The notes below the pieces were generated by a model, which had not been told where the DNA came from, did no database searches, and saw only the letters and a program-made list of their open reading frames with translations. DNA of 64,000 nt. Source: an uncultured Erysipelotrichaceae bacterium. GTDB taxonomy: Bacteria; Bacillota_I; Bacilli_A; RF39; UBA660. The position numbers and the translations under genes were made by a program. Below, one piece after another: positions 47,923 through 58,249 of this stretch. The number at the start of each line of letters is the position of its first letter. The stretch's first letter is position 1. Location of the stretch: contig CACWWC010000004.1 of assembly GCA_902764545.1 (NCBI GenBank), positions 1,746 to 65,745 of the forward strand. The letters run 5' to 3'.

Positions 47923-49509
47923 TTAATTTAATTTAAAAGTCCTTGGTGATACTTTGTAGACTATTCTTAGTGATATCACTATATATAGTAATACAAATAC
48001 TATTCCTAAAATTGATAGTATCTCTGAAGTTAGTACTAATTTTGTCAGCATATATGTAATAATATATGTTATTAATGTAACAAATGAATAGCTTGCTTTT
48101 TTTACTTGCATATCTTTATCAAATGGTTGTAATAAATAATATATGACTAAGTAATGTACAGAGAAAAAGATGCTTAAGCATATGATAAACAAAAATGTTG
48201 TTATGTATGTTAATAATGAATAGTTATTTGTTGAAATATTTAATAAAATGATATTTCCTATTCCTATTATTATTGCCGGAATTAGATTAACTTTTACTAC
48301 TGTTGTTAATCTTTTTTTAAAAAGTTCTAATATAACTTGTGGCTCTCTATAAAAATTAAATCGTAGCATGGCATGATCACAGTTAAAGAACATTGCTTGT
48401 GTAATTATTGCTCCCCTATTTATAAAGAACATTATCATAATAAAAATTGATAGTTTTATATGTAATAATTCTGCAATACTTTTGTTATAATTTGAATAGT
48501 TAATCATTAAATATCCGAGTATACAATATACAATTAATGCAATTATTGCATACTTTTTTGCACTTCTTAAGAGTATTTCTTTATGTCTTTCAAAAAAGAT
48601 TGTATTAAATAAATCGTAACCTGACTTTTTTTCTAAGATTGATGTATCAATCTTTTTATCTTTTTCTTTTACCTCTACCATTGCTTGTTTAAGATAATCT
48701 TTTTCATTTTTTTCATTCATTACATCTGTCATTTCGACCAATCGTTTATACATTTGTCTATAGTTCTTAATATTTAATAAATATATGATGGATGCGGCTG
48801 CTAACGGAATGGTAATTAATGTAGTTAATTCAATTATTTTAATTGGAACAAATATATTTATGTATGGCAAAAAGCATAATCCTAAAAGAACTATTAATAT
48901 TGGAAAATATAGTGAAGAATTTGTATACCAAATATATTTATATTTTTTAAAGTATAAAATATTGAGTGTTTCACCAATTAGTCTGACATTTAATGATAGT
49001 ATTATAAATATTATAGTATAAAATATCGTAGGTGAAATTAGTAGTTTATCTACAAAGATATATATAATTATTGAATTTAAAATTGTACTTGTTAGTAAGT
49101 TCCAAAATATATTCATTCTAAAAAATTCGTTGGCATTCATATTAAATAATACTATAGAAAAATATTTCTTTTTACTCGTATTTAATAATTTATTATTTAT
49201 AAACATTCCTAATATTGTAAGTATGAAATATATATGAAAAAAGGCTTTCACCATGTCATTTGGAAATAGTTTATATGTTATAAAGTATATTACAAAAAAA
49301 TATATAAATTTCAAAAAGATAGCTCGTGATATTGAAATTATTATTCCAAAAAAACCTACTATTTTTTTTATTATCTTACTATTATATACATCATCAGTGA
49401 ATAAATCCTTAAATATTGGCATCTTTCTTAATATATATATAAAAGAATTAACTGCGTAAGCAATATCTATTTCTAGTGATTTTATCAATATATTAATCAT
49501 TTGATTCAT
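47923..49509 (-). CDS. large polytopic membrane protein, putative ABC exporter permease
   Basis: 528 aa with more than 10 hydrophobic segments. Its start overlaps the stop of the ABC ATPase gene. Confidence 0.55.
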   Translation of the reverse strand: MNQMINILIKSLEIDIAYAVNSFIYILRKMPIFKDLFTDDVYNSKIIKKIVGFFGIIISISRAIFLKFIYFFVIYFITYKLFPNDMVKAFFHIYFILTILGMFINNKLLNTSKKKYFSIVLFNMNANEFFRMNIFWNLLTSTILNSIIIYIFVDKLLISPTIFYTIIFIILSLNVRLIGETLNILYFKKYKYIWYTNSSLYFPILIVLLGLCFLPYINIFVPIKIIELTTLITIPLAAASIIYLLNIKNYRQMYKRLVEMTDVMNEKNEKDYLKQAMVEVKEKDKKIDTSILEKKSGYDLFNTIFFERHKEILLRSAKKYAIIALIVYCILGYLMINYSNYNKSIAELLHIKLSIFIMIMFFINRGAIITQAMFFNCDHAMLRFNFYREPQVILELFKKRLTTVVKVNLIPAIIIGIGNIILLNISTNNYSLLTYITTFLFIICLSIFFSVHYLVIYYLLQPFDKDMQVKKASYSFVTLITYIITYMLTKLVLTSEILSILGIVFVLLYIVISLRIVYKVSPRTFKLN

Positions 49510-50200
49510 CCTTTAATGTTTTTATTATTTTATCTTTATATTTTTTTGTATTTAAATTATTCTTTTCTATTAATTCTAACTTTTTATTATTAAGTACTAC
49601 AATTTCGTCACATAAATCTGTTGCTAGTTCTAAAATATGAGTAGATATAATTATTATGTGGTTTTCTTTGATTTTTCTTAAAAGATTTTTCATTTCTTCT
49701 TGAACCACAATATCTAGTGATGTTAAAGGTTCATCAAGTAGGATTACTTTTGGATTTGCAATTATATTTACAAGAATTTGAATTTTATTCTTCATACCAT
49801 GTGAATATTCTTTTAGTAAAATATTTTGATCATTTTTATTCAATTTAACTAAATCAAAGTAGTAATCTATGTCTTTTAAATCATTAATCTTTTGTTTATT
49901 TATATCAAGATAGAATTGCAAAAACTCTCTACCTGTTAAAAATTCTGGAACTATTGGTGTTGATACCACATAACCTATATCCTGGGTATTAAGTCTATTT
50001 CTTCCATACTCATTTTCCAAATAGAACTTTCCCTCATTAATTGTAATATCCCCATTTAATGAATTAAAAAATGTAGTTTTACCTACTCCGTTTCTTCCTA
50101 ATAATCCATATATTTTTCCTTCTTCAAAAGTAAAATTAATATTTTTAAGTACTTCTTTTTCTCCATATGTTTTACATAAATTGATTATTTCAAGTTTCAT
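49493..50200 (-). CDS. ABC transporter ATP-binding protein
   Basis: Walker A 'GRNGVGKTT', signature-like 'YSHGMKNK' and Walker B 'ILLDEP'. Confidence 0.8.
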   Translation of the reverse strand: MKLEIINLCKTYGEKEVLKNINFTFEEGKIYGLLGRNGVGKTTFFNSLNGDITINEGKFYLENEYGRNRLNTQDIGYVVSTPIVPEFLTGREFLQFYLDINKQKINDLKDIDYYFDLVKLNKNDQNILLKEYSHGMKNKIQILVNIIANPKVILLDEPLTSLDIVVQEEMKNLLRKIKENHIIIISTHILELATDLCDEIVVLNNKKLELIEKNNLNTKKYKDKIIKTLKDESND

Positions 50201-50212
50201 TTAATCACTCCA

Positions 50213-51199
50213 TTATATTAGATATTGACTAATTTCTGATTTTTTATTTTTATATTTTATTTTGGCAATTGCTCCATTAATTATTGTCATCTTGGGTGGT
50301 ACGTGACCTATATCTGCATTAAATACTAAGGGAATTTCTCCGAATACTTTTAAAAGTGCTTGTTGATAAGTCATTTCCGTATAATTATTTGGAAATTTTA
50401 CTCTTCCTACTATAACACCTTTTATGTATTTAAACCAGCCACTTTCTTTTAGATGCAATAATGTTAAGTAAAAATCTTCTGATGTAGTATTAAATACATC
50501 AAAATACCAGATTATTCCATCATTCTTATATTTTTCTATAAATTTATTTGTTTTATCATATTTGGTTCCTGGAAGTAACTTTAAACATTCAATACAACCA
50601 CCTATTATTCGTCCTGTTATTTCAAAATCACCATTTATTGACTCCCAAAGAGAGTCTGTATCTAAATTATAGTTATTATTTATTCTACCCCTTTTATTTG
50701 ATTCATATTTTTTATAACTTGATTGCGTTACAATATTACCTTTAATAAAGTCTAGACATATTTTTTGCGACTCATGTAAATCTTTGGCATCAAAACTTGC
50801 TGCATTGAAAGCATATATAGTGGCGATATCAAGGTTTGTTGTGACTGTATATAATAGATATGTTGGATCACTTGCTCCCATAATCCATTTTGGATTTTTA
50901 TTAATAATGTCATAATTTATATATGGCATGATTTCATAGAGAAAGTCACCTCCAGATGCACATATTACCATGGAAATGTCATCATTTGTTAATAACTCAT
51001 TAAATTCTATAATTCTTTGTTCTGGGGATGAAGATGGATTAAAACTGCTTAGAACATTTGTAGTTTCTAAAACTCTAAAACCATTCTTCTTTATATTTTC
51101 TATTGATTTATAATAATCTTCTTTATGTTTTCCAAGACCTGCAGATAGTGCAGTTATGCCTATTGTATCATTTTTACTAAGAAACTTTGGATATCTCAT
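50213..51199 (-). CDS. S66-family LD-carboxypeptidase (LdcA/MccF-like)
   Basis: 'IGITALSAG', the nucleophile region 'MGASDPTYL', and the His in 'ADIGHVPP'. Confidence 0.7.
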   Translation of the reverse strand: MRYPKFLSKNDTIGITALSAGLGKHKEDYYKSIENIKKNGFRVLETTNVLSSFNPSSSPEQRIIEFNELLTNDDISMVICASGGDFLYEIMPYINYDIINKNPKWIMGASDPTYLLYTVTTNLDIATIYAFNAASFDAKDLHESQKICLDFIKGNIVTQSSYKKYESNKRGRINNNYNLDTDSLWESINGDFEITGRIIGGCIECLKLLPGTKYDKTNKFIEKYKNDGIIWYFDVFNTTSEDFYLTLLHLKESGWFKYIKGVIVGRVKFPNNYTEMTYQQALLKVFGEIPLVFNADIGHVPPKMTIINGAIAKIKYKNKKSEISQYLI

Positions 51200-52010
51200 T
51201 TGTTTTCTCCTTGTTTACATTATTTATAATAAAGTATATTATAAAAAGTAATATTCCGATTACGAGCGTTGTTAAACCGGCTATTTGAAGTGTACTTACC
51301 TTGATTGATACTGTTGTAAAATGACCGATAACTAATTTTATTAACAGAGAAGACATCAAAGCTACTAATCCTGATGAAATAATAGCAATAGATGTACTTT
51401 TTAGCCATTTGTAATATGAATGTTTAAGTAATATTATAAGAATAATATCTATTATCATGGAAACTATTAGTATGATTCTTAGTTTTTCTGATACAACAAA
51501 TTTATATACTTTTAATAGTTTTTTCCCTTCTTTTGGCATATTATTTTTTGCATTACTTATTTGTTGTTCTAGTGACTTTTTTGTATCTATATCATTCATT
51601 TGTTTTTCTGCTTGATCGATCATTTCATCTGTAATATTTATACCAACTTTTTTACTTAGCTCTTCTTTATTATTTTTTAAATACTCTATAACTTCTTTTT
51701 GGATATCTTGAGTATCAAGTTCTATATCTTCCTCAGTTGATAATATATCAATAATTTCTTCTAGATATTCATTTGCTATATCTTGAACTTTTTTATCTTG
51801 TAATATCTCATATAATATTTCATTATTTGATTTAACTAGCTCTTCATTTTGAATATTGGATGTAATATTTTCATTATTTGATTTAAGACTTTCAATAAGA
51901 ATATCTTTTACAATAATATCTTTAAATGTACAATTTATCATTAATGCTAGTGACAAATCAAGTAAAATTAAAGTTAAAACAAACAGTATTATTTTTTTTA
52001 TTATTTTCAT
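51177..52010 (-). CDS. membrane protein with a coiled-coil ectodomain
   Basis: N-terminal TM segment, an acidic helical middle region and 3 C-terminal TM segments. Confidence 0.5.
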   Translation of the reverse strand: MKIIKKIILFVLTLILLDLSLALMINCTFKDIIVKDILIESLKSNNENITSNIQNEELVKSNNEILYEILQDKKVQDIANEYLEEIIDILSTEEDIELDTQDIQKEVIEYLKNNKEELSKKVGINITDEMIDQAEKQMNDIDTKKSLEQQISNAKNNMPKEGKKLLKVYKFVVSEKLRIILIVSMIIDIILIILLKHSYYKWLKSTSIAIISSGLVALMSSLLIKLVIGHFTTVSIKVSTLQIAGLTTLVIGILLFIIYFIINNVNKEKTNEISKVS

Positions 52011-52057
52011 AAAATCACCTGTATTTAATTATATCATAATCTATTAAAATAAACTTG

Positions 52058-52084
52058 AAAAGTAGACAGTTCTTGTCTACTTTT
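52058..52084. terminator. bidirectional rho-independent terminator after clpB
   Basis: 11-bp hairpin aaaagtagaca/tgtctactttt with a 5-nt loop. Confidence 0.75.
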
Positions 52085-52098
52085 CTTTATTACTTTAT

Positions 52099-54207
52099 TT
52101 AGAATTTCTTTTTAATAATGAATTTGTCGTTAACATAGTTTACTATTACTATATCATGTTCGTGAATTGATCCTTCTATTAGAAGTTTTGATAAGTCAAC
52201 TTCTATGGTTCTACCAACTAGTCTTTTTAACGGTCTTGCTCCAAAATTTATGTCATATCCTTCATCAATAAATTTGTCTCTTGCTGCATCAGTTAACTCA
52301 ATATGAACATCAATATCTTTTAAACGATATTCTATTTCTTTAATTATTTTATCAAGTATCTTATCGATTGCATCTTTAGATAACGTATTAAATACAACTA
52401 CCTCATCTATTCTGTTGACAAATTCAGGTCTGAATGTTCTTTTTACTTCATTTATTACCTGTTCTTTATTATCTTCTAGAACATATTCACTTCCTAAATT
52501 CGATGTCATAATAATAATTGTATTCTTGAAATCTACTGTACGTCCATTTGAATCTGTTACACGTCCATCATCAAGTATTTGTAGTAATAAGTTTAATACT
52601 TCTGGATGAGCTTTTTCAATTTCATCAAATAATACAATACTGTATGGATTTCTTCTAACTGCTTCTGTTAATTGTCCACCTTCTTCATATCCTACATATC
52701 CTGGAGGAGAACCAATTAGTCTTGATACACTGAATTTTTCCATATATTCAGACATATCAATTCTTACCATATGATGTTCATCATCAAATAATTCATAGGC
52801 AAGTGTTCTAGCAACTTCAGTCTTACCTACACCAGTTGGTCCTAAAAACATAAAACTTGCTATCGGTTTGTTAGGATCTTTAATTCCACTACGTGACTTT
52901 ATTATAGCATCAGAAACAATTTTTAATACTTCGTCTTGTCCCATTACACGTTTTTTCATTTCTTCTTCAAGATGAAGTAATTTTTCCTTTTCTGATTCTA
53001 TCAATTTTGTAACTGGAATATTTGTCCATTTTGCTATTATTTTGCAAATGTCATTTTCTGTTACTTCATCACTTAGTAGCTTATTTTTTTCCACTTTGTT
53101 TAGCTCTTCAATTTCTTTTTCTACTCTTGGTATTTCTCCATGTCTAAGAATAGCTGCTCGCTCAAGATCATATTTATTTTCTGCTTGTTCAAGTTCAAAT
53201 TTTTTCTCTTCTAATTCCTTTTTCTTTTTGCTTATTTCGGTATTAAGATTTTTTTCTTTATTCCAAGCTTCTGTTAGTTCTCTTTCCTTTTCTTTCATCG
53301 TCTCAAGCTCGCGATCTATGTCATGCATTCTCTTTTTTGATAGCTCGTCTTTTTCTTTTTTTATTGCTTGACGCTCTATTTCTAAACGCATTATTCGATG
53401 AGTTAAGCTATCTAATTCAAATGGAACTGAGTCCATTTGAACACGAATTGTTGCGCAAGCTTCGTCAATTAAATCAATAGCTTTGTCTGGAAGATATCTA
53501 TCAGTAATATATCTATTTGATAAAGTGGCAGCTGAAATAATAGCTTTGTCTTGGATTGTCACACCATGATGAATTTCAAAGCGCTCTTTTAATCCTCTAA
53601 GGATAGTTATTGTATCTTCAACATTTGGTTCAGATACTTTAATTTTTTGAAAACGTCTTTCTAGTGCTCCATCTTTTTCAATATATTTACGATATTCATT
53701 TAATGTGGTTGCTCCTATTACATGTATTTCACCACGTGCTAACATAGGTTTTAAAATATTAGAAGTGTCCATCGCTCCTTCAGAGTTACCTGTTCCAACA
53801 ATAGTGTGAATTTCATCTATAAACATTATGATTTCCCCGTCACTTTTTTTCACTTCGTTAAGAACATTTTTAAGTCTTTCTTCAAATTCTCCTCTATATT
53901 TTGCACCTGCAACTAATGCTGCCATATCTAATTCCCAGATTTTTTTATTCTTTAATGAGCTTGGAACATCACCTTTTAATATTCTAAGTGCTAAACCCTC
54001 AACAATGGCTGTTTTTCCAACTCCGGGTTCTCCAATTAAAACTGGATTATTTTTTGTTTTTCTTGATAAAACTCTTGTAATACTACGTATCTCATCATCT
54101 CTTCCAATTACTGGATCAATTTTTCCTTTTTTTGCATCCTCTACTATGTCCCGACCATATTTTTCTAATACATTTTCATTATTTTCTTCTTGTGGATAAC
54201 CATACAT
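52099..54207 (-). CDS. clpB: ClpB-type AAA+ disaggregase lacking the N-terminal domain
   Basis: '[29 protein letters not shown]', '[17 protein letters not shown]', a long coiled-coil middle domain, and a second AAA module with 'GPTGVGKTE'. Only about 15 aa precede the linker. Start set at the ATG after GAGGGG. Confidence 0.85.
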   Translation of the reverse strand: MYGYPQEENNENVLEKYGRDIVEDAKKGKIDPVIGRDDEIRSITRVLSRKTKNNPVLIGEPGVGKTAIVEGLALRILKGDVPSSLKNKKIWELDMAALVAGAKYRGEFEERLKNVLNEVKKSDGEIIMFIDEIHTIVGTGNSEGAMDTSNILKPMLARGEIHVIGATTLNEYRKYIEKDGALERRFQKIKVSEPNVEDTITILRGLKERFEIHHGVTIQDKAIISAATLSNRYITDRYLPDKAIDLIDEACATIRVQMDSVPFELDSLTHRIMRLEIERQAIKKEKDELSKKRMHDIDRELETMKEKERELTEAWNKEKNLNTEISKKKKELEEKKFELEQAENKYDLERAAILRHGEIPRVEKEIEELNKVEKNKLLSDEVTENDICKIIAKWTNIPVTKLIESEKEKLLHLEEEMKKRVMGQDEVLKIVSDAIIKSRSGIKDPNKPIASFMFLGPTGVGKTEVARTLAYELFDDEHHMVRIDMSEYMEKFSVSRLIGSPPGYVGYEEGGQLTEAVRRNPYSIVLFDEIEKAHPEVLNLLLQILDDGRVTDSNGRTVDFKNTIIIMTSNLGSEYVLEDNKEQVINEVKRTFRPEFVNRIDEVVVFNTLSKDAIDKILDKIIKEIEYRLKDIDVHIELTDAARDKFIDEGYDINFGARPLKRLVGRTIEVDLSKLLIEGSIHEHDIVIVNYVNDKFIIKKKF

Positions 54208-54227
54208 ATTATCACCCCTCAATAATA

Positions 54228-54255
54228 ATTATACTCATTAATTAGCACTTGTCAA
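54228..54255 (-). promoter_or_regulatory. clpB promoter
   Basis: The minus strand reads TTGACA, a 16-nt spacer, then TATAAT. The -35 hexamer lies inside the CIRCE spacer. Confidence 0.65.
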
Positions 54256-54268
54256 GCAAGAGTGCTAA
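54242..54268. promoter_or_regulatory. CIRCE operator (HrcA binding site)
   Basis: TTAGCACTT-N9-GAGTGCTAA compared with the consensus TTAGCACTC-N9-GAGTGCTAA: one mismatch. Confidence 0.85.
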
Positions 54269-54276
54269 TTTTCTTT

Positions 54277-54308
54277 TAAAAAAAGATATGTGCTTAGCCC
54301 ACATATCT
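54277..54308 (-). terminator. rho-independent terminator of the upstream operon
   Basis: Hairpin agatatgtg/cacatatct with loop cttagcc, followed by U7 on the minus strand. It overlaps the last codons of 54294..55247. Confidence 0.7.
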
Positions 54309-55247
54309 TAAATGAATAATTGAACCATCTCCTATTTCATTATCTTCGAAAGATGTTAACTTTTCTACATATGATCCATACCTCACTTCTATTCCTTGAT
54401 GCATATCAACTGATCCACCATCTTGAGAAAAGTTATATGTTCCTATAGTCCATGTACAATTATCTTTGTCTATTGTACAAGTTCTATCTTCATTTATTAT
54501 CAATTTTTCATGTATTATAGCATTATTATCTATATATGTTCCATAATTAAGTGTATGCCCATTTAATATTAACTTTTTACTGTCTATTACATTTTCATTT
54601 TCTTCTATTTCTATATTTTCATTATTTTCTTCTATATTATCTGTATTTTCTTTTTCACTATCTTTTTTTAAACGATTACTTATATTATTTTTGATATCAT
54701 TTGTGATTATCTTATTTTTTGGTATGTAATTGTCTTTTGCCTTTTTAGTAAGTTTTTTTATATCTTTTTCTTTCATATTTAGATTAAATTCATAAAAGTT
54801 TATTTTTTTATCAACAATTATAAATTTATCTTCATCTTTTTCTTCTCTTATCTCTTTTCCTTGGTATTCACTACCTTCATTTGCCTCTTTAATTCTTTCA
54901 CTTATCTTTTTATATGTTTTGCTTTCACCTAAATTTGCTTGTATATAATAATCATATGCTTCTTCATCTATGTTATATGCAAGTTTTATTTCTACTGGCA
55001 TTCCACAATGTACATTTTCAACTGTTCCATTCTTAATATAATAAGCCATATAACTTTCATCATCATCCTCTGGATGTGAAATCATTATAGGATTGTTGTT
55101 TTCTTCAATATTTATAAAGCCAATCTCCACGTTTTTATTTGAATCATTTAGCTGTATCTTACTAATATCTTTCTCTTTAGCTATATTATTTAAATATTCA
55201 TAATATATCTTTTCCCAAGATGGATTTTTATTCTCACTCTTTTTCAA
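54294..55247 (-). CDS. hypothetical (probably exported) protein
   Basis: 317 aa. The track start is a TTG. An in-frame hydrophobic stretch with no start codon lies immediately upstream. Confidence 0.5.
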   Translation of the reverse strand: MKKSENKNPSWEKIYYEYLNNIAKEKDISKIQLNDSNKNVEIGFINIEENNNPIMISHPEDDDESYMAYYIKNGTVENVHCGMPVEIKLAYNIDEEAYDYYIQANLGESKTYKKISERIKEANEGSEYQGKEIREEKDEDKFIIVDKKINFYEFNLNMKEKDIKKLTKKAKDNYIPKNKIITNDIKNNISNRLKKDSEKENTDNIEENNENIEIEENENVIDSKKLILNGHTLNYGTYIDNNAIIHEKLIINEDRTCTIDKDNCTWTIGTYNFSQDGGSVDMHQGIEVRYGSYVEKLTSFEDNEIGDGSIIHLRYVG

Positions 55248-55337
55248 TGCTCCTAAAATTATAAAAACTAATATTGATATTATAAATAATATTGCTATTA
55301 TTATAATTATTATTTTGGCATTTTATTTTTATCTTTA

Positions 55338-55919
55338 TTATTCATTTATATTTTCACTCCTATTATCAGTATATTCATAATATATTTTTTTTAAATACTT
55401 TCTTTTTAAAACTGGTTTTAATCCCTTGATACTTACATCTTTATATAGTCTATCAAATAAATTCATCATTGCTGGATGAAGCTGAGCTTTTTCTCGAGCT
55501 CGCTTCCAAAAAATTAGCTGTGTTTCTTTTGTCCAATCTTTTCCTGCGTATGTAATACCCGCGGCAAAAGAATCACAAGCCATTTCTAAAAAATATTTAA
55601 ATGGTATAATAGGTGCTTTTGTCGGTGCGGCATAGTCATACCAATATTCATAATGATGTTTATTATGATTTTTATGATGTATCCAAGCAATACTATATCC
55701 CTTATCCTTTTTACAATTAGATATAGGACTGTATTTCCCGTCAGTATAGTATTTGGCACTTTCTATGAACTCGGTTGGTGAATACTTTGATAAGTCATGT
55801 ACTAATCCTTGAAAGGGAATACCTACTTTGCAGCAAAAACAAAAAACCTTAAATCTATGTTTATTTACAACATTCAAGTGTTTTAACATTTTTCTTAGTG
55901 TCAGTTTATACTCAGGCAT
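55338..55919 (-). CDS. hypothetical His/Tyr/Trp-rich protein
   Basis: 193 aa with 'LVHDLSKY' and 'WIHHKNHNKHHYEYWYDY'. Possibly metal-binding; no confident family. Confidence 0.5.
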   Translation of the reverse strand: MPEYKLTLRKMLKHLNVVNKHRFKVFCFCCKVGIPFQGLVHDLSKYSPTEFIESAKYYTDGKYSPISNCKKDKGYSIAWIHHKNHNKHHYEYWYDYAAPTKAPIIPFKYFLEMACDSFAAGITYAGKDWTKETQLIFWKRAREKAQLHPAMMNLFDRLYKDVSIKGLKPVLKRKYLKKIYYEYTDNRSENINE

Positions 55920-55929
55920 TTTATCCTCC

Positions 55930-56586
55930 TTATTTTTTTTTATATTTTTTGGGTTTTTCTTCTATTATCATTTCTTTTGAATCATCTACAATTGTATCAA
56001 TATCAAGTGATAGTAATATTCTTAATGCTTTTTTCTTGTATACATTATAGGGTTGTTTATGATTAATTAGAAACAATATTTTATGTTCAAATTCTATAAC
56101 TCCTTTAATGTAATATTCATCAAGCTCTAAATTTTCTATATTATTAATGTAATATCTTAAATCAAAATGACCGGTTAAATATGGGTAAAATCTGCATGAT
56201 GTTTCTCCACTATTTTTGCTTTCGATTAGTGTTTTTTCTAATCCTCTACTATCAGTTATAAATTCCAATCTTTTTCCTGTTCTTTTTTTAAAATGTTCAT
56301 AGTCATCAAATTTAATTTCATCACATAAAATGTTTTTCTTTTTTAGCATTTGCTCTAGTATTTCTAGATCGATATCACAGTCTCTTAAAATTAAAATTAG
56401 TTGTTTGGTTGACTCATTATATATTGCCTTATCAAATACAGTATGAAATTTACTACCTCCTATTTTTAATTTTGTTATAAGATTATTCACTAAAATATTG
56501 TCTTTAGTATTCTTTATTGTATCTAGTACTGTATTCAGCCTATCTTCTTTATTATATATTGTGTGTATTTGCAAGTGTTTTTCCAA
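55930..56586 (-). CDS. hypothetical protein
   Basis: 218-aa ORF in the exporter operon. No motif recognised. Confidence 0.5.
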   Translation of the reverse strand: MEKHLQIHTIYNKEDRLNTVLDTIKNTKDNILVNNLITKLKIGGSKFHTVFDKAIYNESTKQLILILRDCDIDLEILEQMLKKKNILCDEIKFDDYEHFKKRTGKRLEFITDSRGLEKTLIESKNSGETSCRFYPYLTGHFDLRYYINNIENLELDEYYIKGVIEFEHKILFLINHKQPYNVYKKKALRILLSLDIDTIVDDSKEMIIEEKPKKYKKK

Positions 56587-56679
56587 TTTGCTTCACCCTC
56601 TTGTATTTATTTTACCACATAAGAAAAAGTAAATCTATTTTTGATTTACCTTTATTTTATGTTTTTATATTTCATTTTT

Positions 56680-57474
56680 TTATATTCTTGCATTCATCAA
56701 ATTTGTACTACTATATCTTTTCAATCCAAAATAGAATATTATAAAAGCTAAGCTTGTAAATATAAAAGTGCCAAATATTATAAATATTAAATCTGGGAGT
56801 GAAAAATTACTAATCAGTTTTACTGGTATATATGTAGTTATCCCAAGTGGTAAACATGTATAAAACATAATTTTTATTATCCCTTTAAAAATACCCTCTG
56901 GATATGTAGCAAAATTTGTCATTAAACTATCTACGGTATTAGCAACCATTTCTGTTCTTCCAAACCAAAAAGATAGTGATGAAAAAATGATAGATATACT
57001 TGTTAATACTATGGAACCTAATATTCCACATGTTAAAAATAAAATAACATTTTTTACACTTAAACCATACAATATTAACATGATAAGTCCATATAATATA
57101 TCACCTAGTGCTGATATTTCTACACTGCTCGTTATACATGATATTAATACATTTTTTGGCTGAATTAGATAGTTATCCAGTTTTCCACTATTAATTATAT
57201 CAGATAAATTAAATGCTTCCTTAAAAAAGAATCTTGATATACCATATGTCATGGCTGCAAGTCCCCATAAAAGAAGTATCTGTCTAAATGAATACCCTCC
57301 TATATTTTGTTTTAAAGAGTATAAAACAATCCATTGTACTATAAAACAACCATTATTAATTATCATAAATAATATGTTAGATATAAATGTAAATTTATTT
57401 AGTAGTTCTCTTTGTAGTGCATATTTTATTGACAAATGAGTTGCTTTAATTTGGCTTTTAACCTCCATTAACAT
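56680..57474 (-). CDS. ABC-2 type exporter permease
   Basis: 264 aa with about 6 TM segments. Overlaps the upstream permease gene. Confidence 0.65.
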   Translation of the reverse strand: MLMEVKSQIKATHLSIKYALQRELLNKFTFISNILFMIINNGCFIVQWIVLYSLKQNIGGYSFRQILLLWGLAAMTYGISRFFFKEAFNLSDIINSGKLDNYLIQPKNVLISCITSSVEISALGDILYGLIMLILYGLSVKNVILFLTCGILGSIVLTSISIIFSSLSFWFGRTEMVANTVDSLMTNFATYPEGIFKGIIKIMFYTCLPLGITTYIPVKLISNFSLPDLIFIIFGTFIFTSLAFIIFYFGLKRYSSTNLMNARI

Positions 57475-58249
57475 TTAGTTTTTTCACCCCTTTCTTATAA
57501 ATAAAATGTGTTATTCCTAGACAAGCTAAGAAATAGACTATTTGAATGATTATTGTTTCTATAAAAGTAATTAAGCTAAAATCCACAAATAACTTTGCAG
57601 GAGCAGAACTTACTGCATATATTGGACTATATTTTATTATAGGCTGAATAATTTTTGGAAAATATTCAATAGGAAATATGGTTCCTAAAACTAAAATTAA
57701 TTTTGAATATACCCAATAAATTGGGGATGTATCCTCAATATAGAATGATATTAATCCTAAAGAGGTTATAATCAATGTATTAATTATAGTTGCTAAAACA
57801 CATGAGATTAAAACACCTATTATACTTAATACTGTTAATTCAGGAAAGCTACCTAAAAAGATAAACCCTAGAACTATTCCTAGAATTGTTACCAAAATAA
57901 ACCTTAATGTTGTTATTCCAAGATGAGAAAACAATGAGTATTCTACATAGTTATATGGTTTTATAATATTATAGGCGATGTTACCTGTTTTTACGTCGTT
58001 ACATATTTTTCTATTATATTTTCTTCCTGAAAGACTCATCCATAGAATCTCAGTTATAATAACATACCAAATCATTTGCTTCATTGTATAACCATTAATT
58101 ATTTCTGATGGATCACTATATACATATTGCCATAAATTTAAAAATATATATATCAGAATGCAGTAACTTATGAATCCTATTGATATATCAAATATATATT
58201 GAAGATTTGACATTAACTCTGATTTAAAGATGTATAAATATTTTTTCAT
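57458..58249 (-). CDS. ABC-2 type exporter permease
   Basis: 263 aa with about 6 TM segments. Its ATG overlaps the ATPase stop (ATGA). Confidence 0.65.
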   Translation of the reverse strand: MKKYLYIFKSELMSNLQYIFDISIGFISYCILIYIFLNLWQYVYSDPSEIINGYTMKQMIWYVIITEILWMSLSGRKYNRKICNDVKTGNIAYNIIKPYNYVEYSLFSHLGITTLRFILVTILGIVLGFIFLGSFPELTVLSIIGVLISCVLATIINTLIITSLGLISFYIEDTSPIYWVYSKLILVLGTIFPIEYFPKIIQPIIKYSPIYAVSSAPAKLFVDFSLITFIETIIIQIVYFLACLGITHFIYKKGVKKLNVNGG

